Assembly (NCBI GenBank): GCA_013177805.1
Contig: JABLXU010000004.1
Location: forward strand, 34,447 to 98,446
DNA: 64,000 nt
Source: Candidatus Omnitrophota bacterium
GTDB lineage: Bacteria; Hinthialibacterota; Hinthialibacteria; Hinthialibacterales; Hinthialibacteraceae
Direction of reading: 5' to 3'
In this document: positions 55,987-64,000 of the stretch, piece by piece
How positions within the stretch are numbered: position 1 is the first letter of the stretch
Layout: every line of letters starts with the position of its first letter
Made by a program: the position numbers and the translations under genes
Notes under the pieces: model-generated
The model's input: the letters and a program-made list of their open reading frames with translations, nothing else
Told to the model about the DNA's origin: nothing
Database searches by the model: none

Positions 55987-56625
55987 TCACCGCAAACCCG
56001 CCAATCCTCCCGGCGCGTACACGATATCGCCCGAACTGAGCAATCCATTACTGACCGCGTAGGGATGCGGATTATAGGCGGGAAGAATGTCCTCGGTCTT
56101 GTCCGGTCCCGGACTGGTAAGGATGTATTCCCCGTCGATTCCGGTCCGCGCCATCATATTTTTCCAACCTTGCAAGTACGTGTCCCGGTTGGCGGTCGTG
56201 CCCGGCCCTAAATACGGCTGCCGCCGGGCTGTCCGGTACCGGACATGGGGATCGTTCCGGGACAGGGAACCGGTGCTCTCCTTTTGTCCGTAAATCTTGT
56301 ATCCCAAATTAAACTCGTCGATAGGCAAGGACGTCATGTAGGCCACCGGCGTGGTCAAGGACTCCGGCAGAAAGCCCCAACTGTCCCGCTCCCGGGGACT
56401 CAAAAACGAAATGATTCCCAGGGGATATTCATTGTGGTCAGCGGCATAGGCCCCGAAGGCCAGTCCGATGTTTCGCATATCAGCGGCAACCCGCGCGATC
56501 TTGGCCCGGGTTTGGGCATTCATGAAATTAGGAACAGCAATGGCCGCTAGAATGCCGATAATCGCTACGACGATCAACAATTCTATTAATGTAAAACCTG
56601 GAATGTACCTACCCCGCATGGGCAA
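55987..56625 (-). CDS. Type IV pilin-like / T2SS pseudopilin (prepilin N-methylation signal, DUF1559-style)
   Basis: The N-terminus reads MPMRGRYIPGFTLIELLIVVAIIGILAAIAVPNF, i.e. G/FTLIELL cleavage-methylation motif. Confidence 0.85.
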   Translation of the reverse strand: MPMRGRYIPGFTLIELLIVVAIIGILAAIAVPNFMNAQTRAKIARVAADMRNIGLAFGAYAADHNEYPLGIISFLSPRERDSWGFLPESLTTPVAYMTSLPIDEFNLGYKIYGQKESTGSLSRNDPHVRYRTARRQPYLGPGTTANRDTYLQGWKNMMARTGIDGEYILTSPGPDKTEDILPAYNPHPYAVSNGLLSSGDIVYAPGGLAGLR

Positions 56626-56750
56626 CTCCTTCAGGATTCATTCATCCGGATTTCCATTTCATTTGGAACATTTTCTCTCAAAAATTCGCAGGGGGTAAGC
56701 CGGGAATATTACCTTGGGTGAAAAAGAATGGCCATGAATCAAGGGAGAGG

Positions 56751-58676
56751 TCATTGCGCCTCCCATCGGGCGATTTGTTCTTCCATGAGAGAGATCAGAA
56801 GCCGGGCCTGGCCGATGTAAGCGTCCAACGTGCGTACTTGTTGGTGCAATTGATCACTCCGGAGAGCCTCTTCACTGGTATGAAGGAGGGAACGCCAGCG
56901 GCAATCCTCCATTTCCAGATGGACCAAGCGGAGCAGTTCCGTGAGAAGCTCCAGCGCTTCGGCGTGCTCCGTGGCACAGTCGGCCACTGTCTTTTCGAGG
57001 CGTTCGAGAACAATCGGCTCCTCTCCCACATTCCGGCTGAAGTCCATGTCGGGTGGCAACGATTCCAATCCCGCCTGGGCCGCTTCCGCCAAGGCCTCGA
57101 GACGGCGGATGGCCCGGGCGAATTCACGGGCCAAATCAATGGTATCCAGCTGGGGCACATACAAGGAGTGCAGAGATTCCATTTGGGGAGGAAGATCAAA
57201 CACCCGGTTGGGCAATTCGGCAAAGATGGATTCTAAGCGGCTGGTGATGGCACCCACGATGAGCGATGCCGCGCTGGTATTGTAAACCGGCACGTTGAAC
57301 CGGTTTATCTCATGCTCGAGCCATTGGCGGCAAAGGCTCCGCAGGCCATTGGGCGAAACGTTTTGGCACTCTGGGGACGTGTCGGTGGGAATATCCACCA
57401 GTTCTCTGGGTGAAAGCCGGTTGATGGCCACCATCCCCGTGTCGTGAGCCGGGTTGTGGAGGTGGGCATAATCGTGCCCGGCCAGGATGATAGGCTGGCA
57501 CCCCATGCGGGCGAGCATGTGGAAACTTACGGCCGCCGCCCCGCCGGGGCTATACACATCGCCCTTCGAACCCGCAATGGATTGCAGCCATTGGAAGATC
57601 GGATTACCGTTGGCCGGTGCCCCGGCAAGTTGATCAAACGGCACCGGTTGACCCAAGGTCTCGGACGTGGAACGCCAGGAGGCCAGAAAGACCCGGGGAT
57701 GAAAATGACGGATCACATCAGGATGCACCCGGGGATCGGCAACCAGATAGGTAATGGGGGAGGGAGTGTCGTTCTGGAGTAAAAAAATATCTCCCTCTTG
57801 ATGCTCCATGGCGAACACGAGATGCGGGCGGATGCCATGACGGCGGAGAATCGGGTAAGCCGTGTTCAAACAGGCAATGAGGAGGCGGTTTTGGAGGTGG
57901 CGAAGGTTGTGGCAATTTTTTTCCAGCGTCGAACCAGGCGCGGCCAGGAGGGCTGGGATTCCGGAAAAGTGGTGAAACAGAGAGTCAATGCCCGGATAGC
58001 GGATCGCCGCTTCCGCATTGGCAATCGTGTGAATTATTTCCTGTTTACCGCGCTCAATGCGCATTTGGCGGTGTGTTAATTCCTGTTGCCGAATCGCGTG
58101 CCAAGCCTTGCGAAACTCCTGGGAGAAGCCGGGCCGTACGCGTTCGAGCAGGGGAATGGTCCAAAGCTGGCAAGGCAGAGTGAAAAAGCGGGACCAATCG
58201 AGATCCCGGCCGATCCGGTCCACCGCTTGTTCGGCCGTTTGTCCCACATATAAATGAACGCGCGGGTTGCCCAGCAAAGCAGTAAGATCGGCATGGTGGA
58301 ACGCGGTGAAAAACTGGATCGGATCGGGTTCGACCAAGATCAGGATGCCATGGGCGGGCAGTGCTTCCAGAAGCCGGCTGGCTTCGTACCCCATGCCGAA
58401 GCCCAGCAGGATGACCGCGTGCGTCTGAGCGGCGCCGCGCAGCGGATTGGTGAGCCATTGGCGGAGTTCGTTTTGCGGATCAGGAGTGAGAAAGAGAGAG
58501 ACGGAATGCTCGGCCGGCAGGGGGATCGTCACGTTGAAAAATCCATCGCCGAGAGGCGTCACGGGGTAAAGCCGGTATTCCACTTTCGGAGAGAGAGTGG
58601 CGATGGCTTCCCCCTGGCTGGGATGGATTTTTTTCAATGCAGCGAGGTTCTTCTCAAAATGAAGACCGGGAATCAT
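56751..58676 (-). CDS. DUF115 / Maf-like (motility-accessory-factor type) putative glycosyltransferase
   Basis: The N-terminus MIPGLHFEKNLAALKKIHP and the central block IPALLAAPGSTLEKNCHNLRHLQNRLLIACLNTAYPILRRHGIRPHLVFAMEHQ match the Maf/MptE-like pattern. The start at 58676 has GAGGGA about 10 nt upstream, but the ORF is open to 58835. Confidence 0.6.
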   Translation of the reverse strand: MIPGLHFEKNLAALKKIHPSQGEAIATLSPKVEYRLYPVTPLGDGFFNVTIPLPAEHSVSLFLTPDPQNELRQWLTNPLRGAAQTHAVILLGFGMGYEASRLLEALPAHGILILVEPDPIQFFTAFHHADLTALLGNPRVHLYVGQTAEQAVDRIGRDLDWSRFFTLPCQLWTIPLLERVRPGFSQEFRKAWHAIRQQELTHRQMRIERGKQEIIHTIANAEAAIRYPGIDSLFHHFSGIPALLAAPGSTLEKNCHNLRHLQNRLLIACLNTAYPILRRHGIRPHLVFAMEHQEGDIFLLQNDTPSPITYLVADPRVHPDVIRHFHPRVFLASWRSTSETLGQPVPFDQLAGAPANGNPIFQWLQSIAGSKGDVYSPGGAAAVSFHMLARMGCQPIILAGHDYAHLHNPAHDTGMVAINRLSPRELVDIPTDTSPECQNVSPNGLRSLCRQWLEHEINRFNVPVYNTSAASLIVGAITSRLESIFAELPNRVFDLPPQMESLHSLYVPQLDTIDLAREFARAIRRLEALAEAAQAGLESLPPDMDFSRNVGEEPIVLERLEKTVADCATEHAEALELLTELLRLVHLEMEDCRWRSLLHTSEEALRSDQLHQQVRTLDAYIGQARLLISLMEEQIARWEAQ

Positions 58677-59098
58677 GGTCCATTTTCCCTCAATCATAGG
58701 AATGACATCCGTCACATCAGAAACCGGCGGATTCCTGCCGGGCCGGGTGGATATCCGTATCGCGCTGGAAAATGACATCCGGCCCGGCAACGAAACGCGG
58801 CCGGATGAGCGCGCGTCCGCCGTAGCCATCATCATGAATCATCCAATCGGCCAAGAAAGCAAAGAATAGGTTCTCAATGAAGATAATGTGTGCCCTATTC
58901 ATGATATCCTGTTTCAGGCCCGGGGGAAACCTGCGCTTTTTGTGCCGTCCTGGCGCATGGGAAGCGAAAAAGGTGCCGGAGATCGATAACGGGAAGAATA
59001 GGCGGATTCTGAAAAAAACGTGTCCAGGGATTTCTTGGAGTCACGCGGCGGATAACCGCGGCTTCGTTGCAGTACAAAAAGGATGCGATCCGGGGATC

Positions 59099-59317
59099 TC
59101 AGGGGTAATTATCGTTTTCCGTATGATCGGAATGAGCGATGAGCCAGTGCAAACCCCAAATGTCGGCGCAGGCAAGCCCCAAGCAAATCAGAATCAAACC
59201 CAGGTGCCAGAATCCCGTGAAGAAATCCGGGAAAAAATAAACAAGCAAGACATAAACGATCAGGTAAAATCCCACCACAATCGCGGAACATTTAATCCAT
59301 TCTTTTTTCTTGTCCAT
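59099..59317 (-). CDS. Small two-TM membrane protein (hypothetical)
   Basis: 72 aa with two clear hydrophobic helices. It is on the same strand as its neighbours. No family was recognised. Confidence 0.4.
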   Translation of the reverse strand: MDKKKEWIKCSAIVVGFYLIVYVLLVYFFPDFFTGFWHLGLILICLGLACADIWGLHWLIAHSDHTENDNYP

Positions 59318-59495
59318 GGCAAACCGTATGCCTGCCGGATCATTCCGGGCGTATCCTCACAGGCCTGTATCCGCAGGGATTTTTTATGAATTCCGGATTT
59401 TTTCCCTTCACCCGGCAACGATTCAAAAGAGAAGGAATCCCGTGGTGGATTTTACTCCCGCATCTTCCGGCCAGGACGTATCCAGACTTGGAATT

Positions 59496-60710
59496 TTAAG
59501 GCACCAGGACCACGGTACCCCGGGCTGGGCCTTTTTGTACTACAAACGCGAACGCAAGGGCGGCCGATTCCGGTGCCGTCAATTGAAACTGCCATCCTTC
59601 GGCCGCGGGCTGCCCTTCCAGGGTGAGAATATCCCCGCCCACGAAACGGACCGCCAGTTCTTCCGGAAAGCCTTCCTGCAGAATGTCCGCGGAGGACTTC
59701 AAACGCACCCGCTGAATGATCGCGTCGCTCATGTAGGTCGATTTATCTGACTGAAACAGAACCGGATCCTGGTAAAAGACAATGAGATTCGTTTTTTGCC
59801 CCAAAACGATGTTCGGATCCCGCACGGTAAAAGTAATATGTTGGGTTTCCGCCGTTTCCGCGCGTTTCACCATCAGGATGGGCATTCCGGCATCCTGGTT
59901 TTGGACCGCCCGCAGGGGAGGGCGGATCAGATTTTCATCGGTAGCCGGCTGCAGGAAAGCCTTATTGCACCAGCCCGATACCGCTTCCTGATATAAAACA
60001 AACCACCAATCCCCTTGTTCTTCCAATTTGAGAACCACTTCACCCTTGCGGAGTTTGGCCAAGGGGCGGTATAACTCGCCCGGCGCTTCCCGCAGGTTCA
60101 CGTTTTCTCCAGTCACCAGGCAGGGAACACTCTCCATGGGCAAGACAAAGTTAGGATGAATCCATCCCTCCTTGCCATCGAGGGTCTTCGCCCGCAGCCA
60201 GCCACCGGCAATCTCCACTTCCATCAAAATCGTCTTGCCCGGCAGCACCGAAATGATGGGGGAATCCAAATCGGGGCCTTCCCGGAACCGGACGCCGGCG
60301 GATCCTTGGACTTGATACGCGTGGCCATGAGGCAACAATACCGGCAGCAATGGCTGAAAAGGATCTTCGGCTTGGGGTTGGGGCATCACGGGGGCAGCCG
60401 GCGCGGCAGGGGCTGCGGTTTCCGGGAGAGGCGGTTTAATACTCTCCGTTTCGGTAGGGACCGTTTCGGGAGAGGTGGCGGGTGGTTGATCGGCCGGGGG
60501 CTCGCCCTCTTTCCGGATAATCTCCAATACTTCCGAGCGTAGAAACTCCGTCGTTGTCCCGAACACATCCATGATGATTTTTTCGTCGGTCATGGATAAT
60601 ATGGTGCCGATGACCTGTGTGCCGTTCTTGAAAATCAAGGTATCGGACCAAACCTGGGGTGACAGTCCGAGGAGCAGGATCGTTCCAAGAGTTACAAGCC
60701 GGATTTTCAT
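59496..60710 (-). CDS. Secreted protein with bacterial SH3 (SH3b) domains
   Basis: The signal peptide is MKIRLVTLGTILLLGLSPQVWS. A P/A/E-rich linker follows. Two SH3b-like units read VRFREGPDLDSPIISVLPGKTILMEVEIAGGWLRAKTLDGKEGWI and VNLREAPGELYRPLAKLRKGEVV...WWFV. Confidence 0.7.
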   Translation of the reverse strand: MKIRLVTLGTILLLGLSPQVWSDTLIFKNGTQVIGTILSMTDEKIIMDVFGTTTEFLRSEVLEIIRKEGEPPADQPPATSPETVPTETESIKPPLPETAAPAAPAAPVMPQPQAEDPFQPLLPVLLPHGHAYQVQGSAGVRFREGPDLDSPIISVLPGKTILMEVEIAGGWLRAKTLDGKEGWIHPNFVLPMESVPCLVTGENVNLREAPGELYRPLAKLRKGEVVLKLEEQGDWWFVLYQEAVSGWCNKAFLQPATDENLIRPPLRAVQNQDAGMPILMVKRAETAETQHITFTVRDPNIVLGQKTNLIVFYQDPVLFQSDKSTYMSDAIIQRVRLKSSADILQEGFPEELAVRFVGGDILTLEGQPAAEGWQFQLTAPESAALAFAFVVQKGPARGTVVLVP

Positions 60711-60721
60711 GAGTTTTCCTC

Positions 60722-60738
60722 ACAGGACAGTGTCCTGT
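60722..60738. promoter_or_regulatory. Perfect 8+1+8 palindrome next to the SD of the SH3b gene (operator or 5'-UTR hairpin candidate)
   Basis: ACAGGACA-G-TGTCCTGT. On the - strand it is immediately followed by GAGGAAAACTC-ATG (start at 60710). Confidence 0.4.
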
Positions 60739-61040
60739 TGCCTAACCGGGATTGGATCAGCGCGGATAAGCCTCTGATGCCGCCACTTTCATTGGACGGA
60801 TCACCAGAAGGGCTCATTCATTCGCGATTTCAATGATGATGGATCGATGCATCCCAATTCGTATGATTATTATCCTTGATTTGCCGTTATTTTGTAGTTC
60901 TGTGTCTACTTCTCTGTTTCCCGGCGGGGTACACGGCAGCCTGAGATAACCAAGTCTTCGTTCCGGATATCCCGGAAAGAGAATGGGTAACGAAGAAGAA
61001 GAGGGTGGGCCCTACGTTTCCCGCCCAAGGGAGTGATACC

Positions 61041-62759
61041 GTGAGAAAAACCTTAACGCGTGCCGGGATGGTGGTGATGGGGATTCTGGGTATTCCGGCG
61101 TTTGCCACAGGGGAAGAAAGCCCATTATCCCGCGTTCATATCAATCAACTTGGATATTTGGCCGGAGAATCCAAAATCGCGATGGTCTCCTCTCCCCTGG
61201 GTCTCCCCTTTTCGGTTCTGAACGCGGAGACCTTGGCCCCAGTGCTCGAAGGTATGCTGCGACTGGCCGAACCGGCCGATGCCGCGAGCGGATCGGATGT
61301 CTGGATCGCTGATTTCAGTATTCTGAACGCCACAGGGCGGTATATACTTCGCGTGGAAGGTATTGGTCAATCGCCCCCGTTCCCAATCGATACCCAGATT
61401 TATTCTTCGCTGATCCGGCAAGTGGTCCGAAGTTTTTATTTCCAGCGTTGCGGAACCGCTCTGCCCAAAAAATGGGCGGATTCATGGACGCACCCGGAAT
61501 GCCACGTGGCCGACGCCGCGATTTACGCCGCGAGCCCTCATTCCGCCACCGTGAAACCGGCCACCGGGGGGTGGCATAACGGGGGGGATTATGGAAAATA
61601 CACCGTCAATGGAGTCTATGCCACCGGTCTCCTGCTTTTGTTGCATGAGCATTTCCCTGAGGCGTTTCCGGACAGTTCGCTAACGATTCCCGAAAGCGGC
61701 AATGGCCGGTCCGACTTGCTCGATGAAATCCGGTGGGAACTGGAATGGCTTTTAAAAATGCAGGAGGAGAGTGGGGGATTTTATCACAAACTGACTCCGC
61801 TTGAACCGGTCAAACCCGTTCCTCCCGCCAAGGATACGGAACCCCGTTTCTTGTTTCCCCCATCCACTACGGCCACGGCTGGAGCGTGTGCTTTGCTGGC
61901 GAAAGCATCCCGCGCTTATGCGGCTCAGGACGCGGATTTTGCCGGCCGGTGCCTGCAAAGCGCGTTGGCGGCCTGGACGTATCTGGAAACCCATCCCCCC
62001 GAGGGAGGTTTCCAAAATCCTCCGAATGTCCGAACGCCAGCGTTCAGCGACGACGACGATTCCGATGAGCGTTTTTGGGCGGCGGTGGAACTGTTTCTGG
62101 CGACGGGTCATTCAAAATATCACCAAGCGGTCATGGAGTTGGCCGACCGGCGCGTCCCCTTGCTTTCCGCTTCGGGATATTGGGGCAATGTAATGCCTTT
62201 GGCCGTAGCCGCCATACTCGACGATGCGTCCCAAGCTTTTGCGGAAACCCTCCGTCAGGAAGCGTTGGCTGACTTGCTATCGTTGGCTGATATTCTGTTG
62301 GAAAAAATCCAGGAAGATGGGTACCGTCTCTCCCTTCAGGAAGGCGAATTTACCTGGGGTTCTAACGGCGCCATCCTGAACAACGCGCTCATTTTATGTC
62401 TGGCCGGCCGCTATCGGCCGGAGACAGCCTACCGGCAGGGTGCGTATAGTCAACTGGAGTATATTTTAGGCCGGAATCCGCTTTCCCTGTGTTACGTGAC
62501 AGGAATCGGCACGCATTCCCCCCTCCGGATTGTTCATCCCGCCTTGAGGTCGGCCAACTCCCCGGTTCCCATCCCCGGTCTGCTGGTGGGGGGACCGAAC
62601 CAGTTTCTGAACGATGGGGCTTTGGCCAAAATGTTCACCTCCGCCTCCGCTCCCGCGACCATGTACCTGGATTCGGAGGAGAGTTTCTCCTCCAATGAAG
62701 TCTCCATTGCCTGGAATGCCGCGCTGGCTTATGTGGCGGTGTATTGCTCGGCGCTCTGA
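61041..62759 (+). CDS. GH9-family endoglucanase with N-terminal Ig-like (CelD_N) domain
   Basis: The blocks are GGWHNGGDYGKY, DERFWAAVELF, ILGRNPLSLCYVTGIG, PGLLVGGPN and NEVSIAWNAALAYV. The GTG 61041 start (MRKTLTRAGMVVMGILGIPAFA signal) has AAGGGAG 7 nt upstream. Confidence 0.85.
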   Translation: MRKTLTRAGMVVMGILGIPAFATGEESPLSRVHINQLGYLAGESKIAMVSSPLGLPFSVLNAETLAPVLEGMLRLAEPADAASGSDVWIADFSILNATGRYILRVEGIGQSPPFPIDTQIYSSLIRQVVRSFYFQRCGTALPKKWADSWTHPECHVADAAIYAASPHSATVKPATGGWHNGGDYGKYTVNGVYATGLLLLLHEHFPEAFPDSSLTIPESGNGRSDLLDEIRWELEWLLKMQEESGGFYHKLTPLEPVKPVPPAKDTEPRFLFPPSTTATAGACALLAKASRAYAAQDADFAGRCLQSALAAWTYLETHPPEGGFQNPPNVRTPAFSDDDDSDERFWAAVELFLATGHSKYHQAVMELADRRVPLLSASGYWGNVMPLAVAAILDDASQAFAETLRQEALADLLSLADILLEKIQEDGYRLSLQEGEFTWGSNGAILNNALILCLAGRYRPETAYRQGAYSQLEYILGRNPLSLCYVTGIGTHSPLRIVHPALRSANSPVPIPGLLVGGPNQFLNDGALAKMFTSASAPATMYLDSEESFSSNEVSIAWNAALAYVAVYCSAL

Positions 62760-62819
62760 ACGCGGGATGTTGGTTCACCTGCCTTCATCTTGAAAAGAAT
62801 CCACCCAAAGTTACATCTT

Positions 62820-64000
62820 CTACATCCCACTGGTGCTCTTTGATTGGATGGGCGACACGAAAACATATTTCCCCGATCCCGTCTTGAATGACGCGTAGCC
62901 GTTCTCTGTCACGAGGAGTGTCAATTCCTTTACCTCCGCGGCCGGGCGGCCGCTTTCGGTGATCCGGGCGGCACCGGATGTAGGAACATGAATGACAGCC
63001 GTGGTATTGGCCGGAATTTCTACGTGGAGCGTGAAAGAGTCATCGGTCCGTTGCCATTCGCACGCGATCCGGCCGTAAGGTGAATCGTAATGGCCCTTGA
63101 CCCAGGCGATTTCTCCCACCGGCCAGGGCTGGATGATGATCTTGTGGAACCCGGGTGCGGCGGGATCGCGCCGGATGCCCAAGAGTTCCTGGTGGAACCA
63201 CTCCTGCAGGTGACCCAGCATGCAGTGATTGTGCGAGACCACCTTGCGGCCGTCCCAGGCTTCGGTGAGGCTGGTCGCGCCCTGTTGGATCTGGCAGCCG
63301 TACCCCGGCTCGTCCGTGCGGTGGGTCAATTGGTAAACCAAATCGCTGCGGCCATTATCGGCCAACGCGCGCAGCAGAAACCGGAAGCCCACATCCCCCG
63401 AAGTCAAGTAATCCCGTTGCTTCACCTCTAGAACGAGGTTTTCCAGCACCGCGCCGAACCGCTCTCCATCCACCAGTCCCCACACCAAGGGAATGGCGTT
63501 GGCGGTCTGACTGCCGGTGGCGTACTGATTGGTATCCGGATGGAACAAGTGCTTGTTGAACGATTGGCGGATCACCTCGGCCAGCCGGGCGTATTTCGCC
63601 GTGTCCTCTTCCTTCCCTAACAACTGGGCGGCGTCGCGCAATATCGCCGTGTCGTAATAGTACATGGCGGTGGCGGTCAATGATTTGGGCGTCAGGCGCG
63701 ATTCGCCCACCTCGCCACCGCGTGTGTAATCGAACCAATCGCCCAGGCCATGGCTGACGATGTGATCCTCGGCGCGGCTGGCCAGGTACGCCACGTAGCG
63801 CTTCATCGTGTCGTAACTATCCCGCAAGGGCCGTTCGTCGCCGAACCATTGATACACGTACCAGGGCAGGATCACCGCCGCGCTGCCCCATTCCGGCGAA
63901 TCGCGGAATCCGGCGCTGAAGACGGTGTATTCGGGGGCGATGTCGGGGACCAGGCCGTTGGGCAACTGCGAATCGCGGGTATCCCGGATGACCTTGGTGT
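62820..64000 (-). CDS. GH78 alpha-L-rhamnosidase, C-terminal part (5' end beyond window)
   Basis: The frame is open to the window edge. PNGLVPDIAPEY...SPEWGSAAVILPWYVYQWFGDERPL...MKRYVAYL is the typical six-hairpin catalytic domain of Bac_rhamnosid. Confidence 0.8.
   Translation of the reverse strand, partial: TKVIRDTRDSQLPNGLVPDIAPEYTVFSAGFRDSPEWGSAAVILPWYVYQWFGDERPLRDSYDTMKRYVAYLASRAEDHIVSHGLGDWFDYTRGGEVGESRLTPKSLTATAMYYYDTAILRDAAQLLGKEEDTAKYARLAEVIRQSFNKHLFHPDTNQYATGSQTANAIPLVWGLVDGERFGAVLENLVLEVKQRDYLTSGDVGFRFLLRALADNGRSDLVYQLTHRTDEPGYGCQIQQGATSLTEAWDGRKVVSHNHCMLGHLQEWFHQELLGIRRDPAAPGFHKIIIQPWPVGEIAWVKGHYDSPYGRIACEWQRTDDSFTLHVEIPANTTAVIHVPTSGAARITESGRPAAEVKELTLLVTENGYASFKTGSGKYVFVSPIQSKSTSGM

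Noticed and set aside
58877-59389. A 170-aa plus-strand ORF between the Maf-like gene and the SH3b gene.
   Set aside because: It overlaps the more plausible minus-strand two-TM ORF (59099..59317). It has no motif and a composition typical of a shadow frame. Neither ORF is strongly supported, so only the co-oriented small membrane ORF was kept, at low confidence.
1-64000. Searched by eye for CRISPR arrays, rRNA and tRNA genes, integrases or transposases, reverse transcriptases, and restriction or known defence-system genes.
   Set aside because: No regularly spaced direct repeats and no recognisable catalytic motifs of these families were seen. Lhr and DUF2442 are the only loosely defence- or TA-associated families, and their context here does not support a defence island.

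Overview
The window is a GC-rich bacterial chromosomal segment (about 60% GC by eye) with dense coding and many 1-4 nt start/stop overlaps. All family calls come from motifs I recognise in the translations; I ran no searches.

Housekeeping and accessory content:
- An FdxA-type ferredoxin, PepF, a DPP4-like S9 peptidase, an Lhr helicase and a FloA/NfeD operon.
- A Fe(III)-type ABC importer, translationally coupled to an NHL-repeat protein.
- GH116, GH9 and GH78 glycosidases.
- GT-C/YfhO-type membrane proteins.
- A pseudopilin next to a Maf/DUF115-like protein.

Three things stand out:
1. A 4.1-kb low-GC island lies at about 36020-40155. It has no mobility genes and sits between an ECF sigma/anti-sigma pair and a standalone C39-like peptidase lipoprotein. 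It encodes only envelope or secreted proteins: a DUF1573 lipoprotein, a secreted protein, a 12-Cys small protein, and a GT-C-like gene interrupted by one in-frame TGA. Both flanking ORFs have termini built from island DNA.
2. A 15-kb, eight-gene minus-strand operon (18087-33197) has a MoxR-DUF58-BatA/VWA-DUF4159 core. It also carries a TPR-fused MA-type metallopeptidase and a legumain (C13)-like protein that lacks the nucleophile Cys. Paralogous modules lie elsewhere in the window.
3. A family of roughly 35-40 nt GC-rich hairpin repeats occurs only in intergenic DNA.

Smaller observations:
- A DUF2442-like gene is frameshifted at a C7 homopolymer.
- A 600-bp ORF-free convergent spacer carries an orphan terminator.
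- There are two conspicuous perfect inverted repeats.

I saw no rRNA, tRNA, CRISPR array, integrase or transposase. The taxon cannot be fixed from the sequence alone; the gene content resembles PVC-like or candidate-phylum genomes.
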